Shown here: one piece after another, positions 25,301-37,072 of the stretch | Layout: each line of letters opens with the position of its first letter | Position numbering within the stretch: position 1 is the first letter of the stretch | Assembly (NCBI GenBank): GCA_016748015.1 | Contig: JAAOMT010000441.1 | Location: 62,001 to 126,000 of the forward strand | Source: Geosiphon pyriformis uo1 | Taxonomy: Eukaryota; Fungi; Glomeromycota | Direction of reading: 5' to 3' | DNA: 64,000 bases | Notes under the pieces: generated by a model | What the model saw: the letters and a program-made list of their open reading frames with translations, nothing else | The model's database searches: none | What the model was told of the DNA's origin: nothing | Program-made: the position numbers and the translations under genes

Positions 25301-28300
25301 CATATTAGTCATTCATTAAGGACTTTAATTCCGCGATTATATCCTTTCTTTCGACACACCATTACTTCTGTACGTGCGGCAGTCCTTAACACGCTTTTAA
25401 CTTTCCTCGGGATGCGGGGAGTAGAAGAATGGGCTGATGATCAAACATTTCGGCTGGTTTTTCAGAACATGATAGTGGAAGAAAAGAAGGTTAGATTTAT
25501 GTAATTTAATCGAGTGGATTATTATATTTATATTTTTGCTCAAAATTCTAAACCCATCATTATTTATTCTAGGATGTTCTTAATTTATCTCTTCAACTAT
25601 GGTCGGCATTAGTTAATCATGCTACAGAAGCAACTGGAGGAGATAATAAAATTATTCAATATACAGAACCTCATATTCGTACTTGGTTCTCAATCATCAT
25701 GACACCTTTGGGAACTCCGATCCAACCCCGAATGTTTTATATTCCAGATGGTTGTATGCCGATACCTCCCGCAACTCCAACAACCCCAACCCCAACCCCA
25801 ACAACGTTATCCACCCCGACTCATTCTGCTCGTCGTTCTCGTGGCCAAAAACGAAATGAAACAAATAGTGGTTCTTTGGCTCTCGGTCATAACGTTGACA
25901 CGGGAATGTTGCAACAGGACTTTGCGCTTGTTAGTGTGGAGTCGGTGATAAGGGGTAGAATTACGGCAGCCAAAGGCCTTGGATTATTAATGAGCCAATG
26001 GCCAAAAGAGGTGATATAAATTTATCTTTCACCAAAATTAAGTTTTTCTTGATTTTTTTAATAAACTTGATTTTCATTTTATATTAGTCGATTGAAGGAA
26101 CATTTAAGGACATTATTCTATCCTTCCTCTCATCAACTTTAGCATCAAATAAGCAATTGTCTGCTGTTGTTACTGAAGAATGGGCCCGTGTTTCTTTCGG
26201 GGATGATAAAGTTGATCAAGATTTTATGGTATCTTCTTCATCACTTGCATCTGCCCTATCATCAACTTTAATTTTCATGCTGGATTCCGATCCTCCTATA
26301 TTCTACTCTGAATTGGTGCCGATTCTTCGTCGAATCAGAGGCGAATGTCACGCTTTGCTCAATAGTTTCGTTTCAGATGCTAAAGTTCGACCTGACAGTA
26401 TACCTTCATTACCAACACATGTTTTGGGTGAAATTGTCTCCGGAGAAACCTCATTTTTTAGTGTAGAGATGGCTGGGCAAATTGCAGCAGATACGTTTGA
26501 TCAATTATCCACTCATATTAATAGAAATCGAAAATCTGTAATGGAGTCGTTGCAGGATCGTAAGCGGCGTGTAATAGCCTCAATTAGTTACTACGATTCT
26601 ACCAAACAAAAAGCCGATATAAATGTTGCCGCTGCTATCGCTGGTGCTGTAGTTGCCCTGCGTGTTTTACCTCCCAAACTCAATCCCGTCATTCGATCAA
26701 TTATGAACTCTATCAAATCAGAAGAGAATATCGAATTACAGCAACGTTCTGCTGCAACCCTGGCAAGCCTTGTAGCCCTCTGCTCATCTGATCAAACTAC
26801 AGTCCGTGTGAATCCTAATGATAAAATCGTGAAAAATTTATGCACATTTCTTTGTCAAGACCAATCTAGCACTCCTGTATTACAAAACAACCGAAGTACC
26901 GAAGGCATACTCTCACTACAAAAGGCCAAGGAAAATAATCTGTCTAACGGTGACTCACAAAAAGAAGAGGAACTAAAATCTCAGAGACTGATCAGACGTG
27001 GAGCGGAGACTGCTTTGAGACAATTCGCTACTCAATTTGGGCCAAAACTGTTCAAGGTTTTACCCAAATTATGGAGTTGTATGCATTCCGCTTTAGATGC
27101 GGTGTTCTTAAATGGTAAGATGTAAAACATGCATTTGTAGATTTCTTCACTCTTCTGTTTACCTGCATATATCTTAATCTGACAGACAAGGGCGATCAAA
27201 AGTCAGAAGAAGATATTAATTGCGCTTTGAACGCAAATGATCCCGGACAAGAAGCTATAGATTCGCTTCAAGTTTTGCAAACTTTGACTCCCGTTGTGCA
27301 TGAATCGTTATACCCAGAGGTAAATTATGTGGCATGAACTCTGAATTTTGAGGAAACCTTTACTAATTGTTATTTTATTTCTATACACAGATAACAGATT
27401 TATTACCACGCATTGTTAAAGCAGCTCAATGCCACTTTTCTGTTATTCGTCATGTCGCGGCTCGATGTTTTGCGACAATTGCAAACGTCATCACAATTCC
27501 CAGTATGCAGATTGTAATTGATCAGCTGATACCCCTTTTAGGAGATTCTCGGAATGTTATTCATCGACAAGGAGCAGCAGAAGTCATTTATCGTAAGCCA
27601 TTATAATTCATAGGGTTTTTATCACCAAATAACTGAATATTTAAAAACCTTATTATCATAGATGTCGTGCAAACCATGGACGCCAAAATATTGCCTTACG
27701 TGATATTCATGATTATCCCAGTCTTGGGACGAATGAGCGATGCCGATGAGAGTGTAAGGTTGGTGACCACCAACTGTTTCGCCATGCTAATAAAATTGGT
27801 CCCTTTAGAGGTTTGTTTGAAAAATAAATGAAATAACTGTCCTATCAGATAGTTTTTTGATTTGATTTACAATTCTTTTATTCAGGCTGGTATTCCTGAC
27901 CCCCCTGGTCTTTCTGAGAAATTGTTGCAGCATCGTGATGAGGAACGCAAGTTTCTCGCTCAACTTTTGGACAGTAAGAAATTGGATGCATACGAAATCC
28001 CAATTGTTATCAATGCCGAATTAAGAAAATACCAGCAAGAAGGTGTTAATTGGTTAGCATTTTTGAGCAAATATCAATTGCATGGGATCTTGTGCGATGG
28101 TATGTTTAGAAACAATCGGTTCTATTTGTATTGATTTACTGCTAGAGTTGTATTGAATTCAAACTTAGCAGCTTTTGAACCACAACTTTTTCAGATATGG
28201 GTCTCGGTAAAACCTTGCAATCGATATGTATTTTGGCTAGCGATCATCATGTGCGAGCTAAAAAATACAAAAAAGCAAAGAGTCCAGATTGTGCCCATGC

Positions 28301-30435
28301 GCCCTCCTTGGTTGTATGTCCACCTACTCTTACTGGGCATTGGTATCATGAGATATTGCATTATACTGATTCTTTAAAGCCATTATCATATACTGGGGGA
28401 CCCAAAGAACGTGAAAAGTATATTAATATTCATTTTTCAACAGATAAATATTTTTTGTACTTTTTCCATTACTAATATTTTTTTGAATTTACAAGGCTTC
28501 GTCCAAAAATTTTGGAGCATGACGTAGTTATCATGTCTTACGATATTGTTCGTAATGATATCGAGGAGCTATCCAATATAAATTGGAATTACTGTATTCT
28601 CGATGAAGGCCATGTAATCAAAAATGGCCGAACAAAAATTACAAAGGCTGTTAAGTCTGTCAAAGCGAATCATCGACTAATATTATCAGGGACTCCAATT
28701 CAGGTAAGCTTTCATTTGCAAAAAATTGCTCAAGAATTTCTTAAGATTTGTTCATTCCTAAGCAGCAAACTGGAATTTTTAGAACAATGTACTCGAACTC
28801 TGGTCCTTATTCGATTTCCTGATGCCTGGATTTTTGGGAACTGAAAAGCAATTTAATGAACGCTTTGGTAAACCAATACTTTCCAGTCGGGACAGTAAAA
28901 GCTCCTCGAAAGAACAAGAGGCTGGTATGAGTTTTTTGTCGTTACTGTTACCCCAATATGCGTATCAATTCTTGGATATATTTGACTATTTGGCTTGTTG
29001 CTCATAGGTGCATTGGCCCTTGAGGCCCTTCACAAACAAGCCTTGCCTTTTCTGCTGCGAAGGTTAAAAGAAGATGTTTTGCATGATTTACCTCCCAAGA
29101 TTATTCAAGACTATTATTGTGAACTTAGTGATTTGCAGGTCGTTATTTGCTTTTCATGGCATTTTCACAACTGGTTCAATTCACCTAATCACCATTCATT
29201 TTATTAGAAACAATTATATGAACAATTTTCAAAAACACAAACTCAGAACACTGTCGAGGCCGAGCTCGATTCAGATATTGCAACGAAGGGAGAAGAAGAA
29301 GGGAAAAAGGCAACCCATATTTTCCAAGCTCTGCAATACCTACGGAAATTGTGCAATCATCCTTTATTGGTTATGAATGACAAACATCCGCAGTATTTTA
29401 CCGTTATGGAGCGTTTGAAGAAAAAACAATCTTCATTACATGACCTGCAAAATGCCCCTAAGCTTCTCGCTTTAAAGTAAGCTTTAAAATAATTCAACCT
29501 ATATTCTGATTTTTATAACAATTAATTTGTCATTATATCTTCTCATTAGACAACTTTTACTCGATTGTGGAATCGGAGTTTCACCCGATATTGAATCGGA
29601 CCCTGTTGGTGGTGGTGCAGTGAGCCAACACCGTGCTCTGATATTTTGTCAGCTGAAAACGATGCTCGATATTATTGAAACCGATCTTTTCAGGCCACAA
29701 ATGCCTACTGTCAGTTATATGCGTCTTGACGGTTCCGTTGACGCGAATAAACGCCACGGCATTGTGCAAAAGTTTAATCAAGATCCATCCTATGACGTAT
29801 TATTATTGACTACACATGTTGGTGGTCTTGGACTGAATTTGACCGGTGCTGATACAGTGATTTTTGTCGAGCATGATTGGAATCCAATGAAAGATTTACA
29901 GGCTATGGATCGAGCTCACAGAATCGGGCAAAAGAAAGTGGTGAATGTTTATAGGCTAATCACTCGTGGGACTTTAGAGGAAAAAATCATGGGGTATTCT
30001 TTAGCCATTAACTTCAAATTTGGTAATTTATTTGTTATCAGTTTTCACATACCTTGCGACTTACTCTTTCTCGATTTCTCAAATAGACTACAAAAATTCA
30101 AACTCAACATTGCAAATTCCATCGTAAACCAACAGAATTCCGGACTACAAAGCATGGACACTGGTCAGATTCTTGATCTTTTCAATGTCACATCACATGA
30201 CAAGAAAAAAGGGGTTTCCGGGTCTGGGGGGGAGAAAAAAGGTTTTGGTGGTTCCACAGCAGTCTCTTCTGCTTCTGGGGGATATGGTGGTGCCATCGGT
30301 GGGTCAAGAGGTAAAAAGGTTTCTACGAAAAATGTTTTAGAAAATTTAGAGAATTTGTGGGATGATACTCAGTATGAAGATCTGAATTTGGATAATTTTA
30401 TCGAATCTCTCAAAATGGGGCCAAAATTAGATTAG
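22342..30435 (+). CDS. MOT1: TATA-binding protein-associated Snf2-family ATPase Mot1/BTAF1 (multi-exon)
   Basis: Spliced N-terminus MATR|LDRLVLLLDTGST; HEAT-repeat region (WEIRHGAG, DRFGDFVSDQVVAPVRET, WEVRHAGMLGLKY); Snf2 motifs GILCDDMGLGKTLQ, ILDEGH, LSGTPIQNN, LLLTTHVGGLGLNLTGAD, QAMDRAHRIGQ. Stop at 30435. Confidence 0.97.
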
Positions 30436-31121
30436 GAGTTCATATCTTTATGTACTATATGAAGAACAATGCCATGTTTTTAATATAATGAACACATAAT
30501 TTCTGTGGGAAAGCTGCTACTATAATTAAATTTCCTAGTTTTTTATTTTTTTTGGGTGGCAATATTTGGAAAATTCGATTCAATTAACATTTTTGCGTGA
30601 CGTCAGATGTTGTTGTGCATGTGCCACGTGATGTGGAAAAATTATAATTTAAATAAACCATTAAATTGTTATTTTTGATATGAAATTTTATTAAACTGTT
30701 CAAATCTGAATAATTAATAATATGTAATAATTAAGTATTACATTGATTACAAATTATTAAAGTGAGATTTTTAATTTAATTATATATGTATATATAAACT
30801 TAAATAAATGAACTAAATAAATAAATTAAAACCACATTAAATAAAGATATTTTGTCAAAAAAAATAAAGAAAAATAATTTTTTTGTTAAAGAATTAAAAA
30901 ATAAATAAATAAAAATTTTTATATTTGATATAAATTAATTTTAAAGAGGTGCTTTTTTAACTTTTATAAGCTGAAAAAAAGGAGGGTTGCTTGTTCACAG
31001 GGATTATTTATTCACAGTAGACGGAGTACTTTTTACTTCTGATCTTTTAGGTTTCAATTAGCAAATAAATTTCACATAATATGAAGCGAGATAATTGATC
31101 AGGCCGCCAATTCTCGCCATC

Positions 31122-31610
31122 TCAATCATCAAATTCTTCGTTACTATTCCTGCCGCTGCTGCCAACCCATGCTTGTTGTCTTTCTCCTGAATCTCGGCCA
31201 AATCCACCTTCAAGCATTTCCAATTCTTCTCCTTCTACCTGCTGCCGACTTCGATTTTCCGAATTATATGGCATTGGAGTTCTGGAATAATGCCTAAAGT
31301 TCCAATCTTGATTTATGATACTATCACTGGTTGTATTGTTACTATGATGACCTTCATAAAAATTCCGATTCTGATTTTGATATCTTGAGTCTAAACGAGA
31401 AGATGAATAATATGAGCCACCACCAGGCATACATCGTCCAAACCCCAAAGCACGTAACGCCTCTCGACCCACACAAGTCCCACAACAAAATATCCACATT
31501 AGACCACAAAAGAAAAATAAAACCATAACTAAGATAAGGATGAAAAGTAGTAGGTCTTCATCTTGTTCGACTTTTTGTATGATTGGTATGGGGTCATTTG
31601 TTGATTTCAT
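31122..31610 (-). CDS. Uncharacterised single-pass membrane protein, 162 aa (short N-terminus, TM helix, juxtamembrane Cys cluster, disordered tail)
   Basis: Intact ORF. The hydrophobic run LLLFILILVMVLFFFCGLMWIF is followed by CCGTC, then a low-complexity S/N/R/E/G tail. Confidence 0.75.
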   Translation of the reverse strand: MKSTNDPIPIIQKVEQDEDLLLFILILVMVLFFFCGLMWIFCCGTCVGREALRALGFGRCMPGGGSYYSSSRLDSRYQNQNRNFYEGHHSNNTTSDSIINQDWNFRHYSRTPMPYNSENRSRQQVEGEELEMLEGGFGRDSGERQQAWVGSSGRNSNEEFDD

Positions 31611-32056
31611 TTTTTATTGATTAGTAGTTGTAAGAGATAGAAACAGAAGATATTTGGTCATCTTAAAATTAAAATTTGGCATCGATCAAAAATGCACCAG
31701 ATGCATGCAACTAGTGAATCGAATTATATCGTTAAAATTCATAGATTCTTTATTATTAAAAATCTTAAAAATTGCTATTGTTTTAAAAACTGCTTGTTGA
31801 AGAATGATGTAAATCGGTAATCCAATAATTAGAAAAGTTGAACAAATAATATACATACAATAAATAGAGCATAATACATATTAAATAAATGACGAAAAAT
31901 TGTACAATATATAGGTAAAATATACATAAATGGCCAAGTCCATAAAAGAAAAACCTTGAATGAACCTGTGGCCTAAAATTTCTGTGCAAAATTTTAGTGA
32001 GTAAAACTCTTAAAGAGCAAACCAATTCACGCTTAAATTAAAATCGATCTCACTTC

Positions 32057-34558
32057 TTAATTATCAGGATCCACGTTTCTCTTTTTCAAAATTTCAATGG
32101 CTTTCGGTTGATTTTTTAGTGCCGCCAACCTCATATATCGTTCGCCTTCCTGTTCATTTTTAGGAACCCCAAGCTTTCCAAATAGATATACATCTCCGAG
32201 ATTAAATTGAGCTGACGGGTTACCATTATCCGCAGACAATTTAAGATATTGCAAAAACTGATTTCGATTAAATTTCACACCCTCATTCATTACCATACAA
32301 AAAGCATAACGAAGTTGAGCATCTGCAATTCCATCGTCGGCAGATTTCTTGAAGAGAAAAGCGGCAGTTTTGCGATCCTTTACACCACAATAACCTTCCC
32401 ATAAATAATAGCCTTTCCAATATATTGCTGTAGTGTTCCCAAGTTCTGCGTGAGCCTGAAAACATTCCCAGGCTTTTTGTCTTTCACCCGCTTTATGAGC
32501 TTTGATCCCATCTTCAAGCGGAAGTAATGGTGTTATTGGAAGACTAGTGACTTTGAAATCAAATTCGGGTAAATCTTCTGAAGAAAGATGCATTCTAGGC
32601 CCAGACATTTGTCGCTTAGTGCTTGAATAAACTGAAAGACTCAAAGAAGGAATGTCTTTAAGACTGGAGGGTGTTCGGGGAGAAAGTCCTGGACTAGTAT
32701 TATCCTGGAGAAAAGTTTGAATTATATTATTGAGCGTCAAAAATATTTCTTGAAGAGTTGGACGAAGATAAGGATCATGTGACCAGGCTGCAATTAAAAA
32801 TGGTGTGTTATTATAAATGTAAAGAGACAATCCTTACAGCATTTTATGAAACCATTACCCTCTCTGATGACCTTTGCGTATTCAATTTCCATTCTACTGG
32901 AATGTGAATCCAAATTTAGTGTCTCCCGCTCTCCTTGACACACGTGTTCCTGAACCCTTTGGAAATTCCAATCAGCGTAAGGTATTTTCGCATGACCAAG
33001 TTCCCACAGAAGCATACCATAACTATACCGTTACAGACAGACAACTAATTAATCAATCAATTAGAATAATATAAAATACAAAGAACAATAACGTGCCTAA
33101 AAATTTCACATTGTGTAGTATATGGGTGGTTTTCAAACTTTTCTGGGGCTAGCCAATGAACGATTTCAAAAACTTTTTGCTTGATATTGGTAGTCGCGGT
33201 TTGAGCATACCGACTCAGGTGGAAATTTGCGATTTTCGGTTCATTTCGATCAGTTAACTTTGTTTTAAAAAATATGATACAGTGAAATTCAGAAAACAAG
33301 AATAAATTAGAAAATTTCCAGATGATAAGAGCCTAATAGTGTAATTGCACACCTACCAAAATATTTTCACACCGAATATCATGATGAAAAATATTCACGG
33401 CATGTAAAAAAGTGATACCTCGGCAAATGTCAGTTGCTATTTTTATTTTTGTGGGCCAATCAATGTCCCACGCTTGATAAACTTCTCTAAGATTTCCTCG
33501 CTCGGCCCATTCCAAAACCATGACATTAGTACCATCAATTCGTGATAATCCATGAAACTGTATAATATTTTTTCCTTCGCGTAGTTTGCCCAAGAGAGCA
33601 AGTTCAATCTCGGCTCTCGAATTACCCTTGTTATTTTCCTCATAAAATGTAAAAGGTTTTACAGCTACATCTTGAGTTTTCCACATCTTTTTTGTAACGG
33701 CTCTACGAATATCAGTTGATCTACGAACCAACGGACTTAATAATTCCTCAGGGTATATATGATTCGCTCGAATATCGAGCGTTGATGGTTCTCGTTGATC
33801 TACTTTCGATTTTAGCAAGGAAAATTCTTCTAACAAGTTGCTAATTTGCTTATTTTGGTTCGTAATGCCCCCTTCTATATTTGCTAGATACTTTAATGTT
33901 TTGGGGAAGAAATATAATAGATATTATGCGTAGGAAATATTAAATAATTAAAAAAGTCCGTACAACATACCACTTTCATGTCTGCTAAGTCTTCTTCCAA
34001 AGCTTCATGATCAACTTTTCTTTGGTCTTCATTGGCAATGGCTAACGATAAGCTTAGATCACGTACCACTTGATCAAATTCTTGTATGAGAGCATTAAAC
34101 TTTTCTTGAACTGAAAGCGCTTTTGTAAATTTTCGAAATCCTTGAAGTTGAGATACATCTTGAATAAATCCTTTAATTTTTTTTAGTACCTCAACAAAAC
34201 GAACAAAAGACTTGTAATAGGCTTGATCACGGAATTTATATTCATTTTCCTTTTTTCGTCGCTGCAGAGACATTACTGCGAACTGTGCAGACTCGACGCG
34301 ATCCATCAAAGCATTACATATCTTTTTATTATATTGAGCCGCCTCATATACACTTATTATTTCAGTTATTATAACAGTTACTGCAGCTATCAAGGGGACA
34401 AAAGGCTTCAAGGCGTCCCCAGTCGAGCCGACTGCACCCAACGCTTGAACCAAGCCGTTGCTCGAACCAGTCGATTGTGCAATAAGATTAGCTGAATCTA
34501 TTGCGTCTAGTGCACCATTGAGTATAATGGGCGCGTTCAACATACTAATGTCAGCCAT
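32057..34558 (-). CDS. MLKL-like N-terminal helical domain + TKL-type (pseudo)kinase + Sel1-like repeats; 5 exons (34558-33971, 33890-33357, 33257-33097, 33022-32859, 32787-32057)
   Basis: N-terminal FVPLIAAVTVIITEIISVYEAAQYNKKICNALMDRV fits the MLKL-NTD pattern. Kinase motifs: VAVK, HHDIRCENIL, IANFHLSR, WLAPE, EIFSYGMLLWEL, AWSHDPYLRP. Sel1-like repeats: AELGNTTAIYWKGYYL, SADDGIADAQLRYA, SADNGNPSAQFNLG. Confidence 0.9.
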
Positions 34559-34895
34559 GGGGAAGATTATGAGGTATTAGCGTAAAGTATATTAAAGAAA
34601 GAAAATAGAAGAGATTAACGGTGGTTTTTGTGGTGAAATAGGGCGGATAAGCGGGGGCCGCCCGAACCCAAATTTTTTCAAATAAACCGGTGAGAAAGCA
34701 AAGTTGCGCGATTAGGCAATCTGGTAGCATTTTTTTTAATAGGGGATGCCTATTATGGATACAGTGTTATCATTGTTTCACAGCCAAAGATCTGAAACAC
34801 GAATCCATAAATGACTATTTTCCACGAGGTTTTATTATTAGTGACGCCACCTGTGATTTTATTTATCCAGAGAAAAGGCAGAAGTTCATAATTTA

Positions 34896-35361
34896 ATGAT
34901 GTTACCTCAATCTGTCTCCCTTCTGATACGAAGCACCTCTAATTTCCCAGCCCGTCGTGTTTTTCAAATTTCCCTGCAGAGACTTCTTCAACAACCTTTG
35001 ACTACTTCAAATCCCAACTTAAAGGATAGAGACGAAAATAAAGACGAAAAACATAAATCCACTGGTTACAGTAAAACTGAACAATCTGTGTCTGGTACAA
35101 CTAATGAAATAGCCCATGATAACAGAGCTTATGATCCTAGCATTACAGATCCTCACGTTGAAAGTAAAGAGATTGGTAAAGGAGACAAACAGGTATTTAA
35201 ACTAAAATTTTTGTAGGAAAGATCAAAGGTGTATGCTTTTCGCAATAAACCAATTCTTTATAACGCGGCTGTTGATTTAGAAACCATTGGATTGGAGTGG
35301 TGCTAATGAAAGGGTGAGCCAATTTACTGATGAGCAAAAACCGATCAAAAATGAAACTTGA
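34896..35361 (+). CDS. Small hypothetical protein, probably mitochondrial (exons 34896-35192, 35281-35361)
   Basis: The N-terminus is rich in R/S/L and lacks acidic residues, like a presequence. A GT-AG intron keeps the frame. AYDPSITDP...KPLDWSGAN resembles a motif of conserved fungal hypothetical proteins. Confidence 0.7.
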
Positions 35362-35776
35362 GATTTCGTCCAAATGTCATTCCAAAAAAACCTTGTGGTT
35401 ATAATCAACTTGACAGGCCGGATTTTAACACCTGTCTATTTGTGAAAATTGAGGATTTAAACACGCATAGTGATGCTTCAATTTATTGTTCCAAACAAAA
35501 ATTATATCGTTTACTACAGCATTCATCATCATAATGAATTCAGGCCCCTTGTTATTTTTTTAATTTTGTTTAATATTTATTAATTATTTTGTCAATATTT
35601 AATTATGATGATTTTATATTAAACTATTTTAAATTAAATTCAAAATATTGCAAATTACATATATTAAGTGATTATCAATTTTAAAAATAAATAAAATTTT
35701 AATACTTAAGTAAAAGGCCGTTTATAAATTTTGCGACATAATCCCATAGCATTATCCTACTTTCTCTAGGCAAAAT

Positions 35777-36834
35777 ATGGTGGTAAGTCTGAGTTTTGTG
35801 CGCTTGGGTAAAATATGAATTATTGTTACATAATCTCATTTAAAACCACTAATCAGAAATTTACACGCTCTTTCTCTTTCTCACACCCTTTTCCGCAAAA
35901 CAGAAACTTGGGCTCTTTTTCAAAGCTGACCTCGAAAAGGTGACTGACGTTGAACCGGTTGACGACGAGTATGAATGGCACTTTAAGGTTCGTCACGTTT
36001 TTTGTTATCGAGAAGCGACACCTTTTAAATTTGCAGTAGTGAAAAAAAGATCTTATTCTATTTAGCATCTCGTCGTCATTGTTTTCTCTCGAAAAATTCG
36101 CTTTTTCTAGGTTAAGTGTACAACTTGTAACGAAGTAAACAATAACTGGGTTGGTGTGAACCGTTTGGTGAGCTATTTTCCTTTTGTTTGTCAAATAGAG
36201 GCTTAGAACAGTCAGTAATATTGACATCTCACGTATTCTCCTTTTGGTTAAAAACAAAGTCTCAAACTGATCTAAATGGATCTAGAGGAACAGCGAATCT
36301 AGTGATGCGTTGTAAATTCTGTAAACGCGAGAGTTCTGCACGTGAGTACTTAAATACTTGTTTAATTTTTAAAATCTCGAGGATATCATGCTCACTCAAG
36401 ATCGAACGTTTATTTTTTTCTACCAGAATTTGATCCTACCCCCACAAAGCCGTATACGAATGATGATAGTGGACAGTTTGCAAAGATTGTGACTATTGAA
36501 TGTCGTGGATTGGAATTTATAGATTTTGAGCCTCGAGTGAGATCACTTTCTGTCTTTATGATTATCGTTCAAATTTTTTAATTTATTCACATAGTCTAAT
36601 ATTTTTGGTTCTTAAATCACAGTCGGACTTCAAAGCAAAAGGTATTGATTCGGGTACTCTATTCAATGACGTTGACTTAACAGATGGCTATTGGGCAGAT
36701 TATGATGAGAAGGTTTTTTTCAGTTTCGGTCAAAGGTATTGTTGTTATTCTAATACTGATGTTTTGGCTTATAATTGTAGGCCGGACTTCCAGTAGGAAT
36801 ATCTCAAATCAAGTCAGAATTCCGTAAAGTGTGA
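35777..36834 (+). CDS. DUF866/UPF0587 CXXC zinc-binding protein (CZIB/YCR090C family), multi-exon
   Basis: Spliced product MV|KLGLFFKADLEKVTDVEPVDDEYEWHFK|VKCTTCNE...|GSRGTANLVMRCKFCKRE...IECRGLEFIDFEPR|...DLTDGYWADYDEK|AGLPVGISQIKSEFRKV*. Confidence 0.92.
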
Positions 36835-37072
36835 TAAGATACATAAACTATCTTGAATGCTATTTTGATAGGAATCTTATATAATCAAATGGAAAACGAT
36901 GTCCTATCGTGGAGCTGCGGTAATTTCCCGATGATATTGAGGCACATTGCTTGCAAGATTTTTAAGCAACCTTCTTTAATTCAAAAAATCAATATTCACA
37001 AGATTTCCTATTCTGTTTTATTTTTCACAAATTAAAAGGATCCTATTGTTTTTGCTTACCTATAGATATATA

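Noticed and set aside
30595-30632. TGACGTCA and CACGTG promoter-like motifs
   Set aside because: They lie between two convergent 3' ends with no nearby gene start; such short motifs arise by chance.
34500-34558. MADISML N-terminus as a plant NLR MADA motif
   Set aside because: Only the first three residues match; the downstream hydrophobic pattern does not fit.
35853-36257. 134-aa minus-strand ORF
   Set aside because: It is antisense to the exons and introns of the well-supported DUF866 gene.
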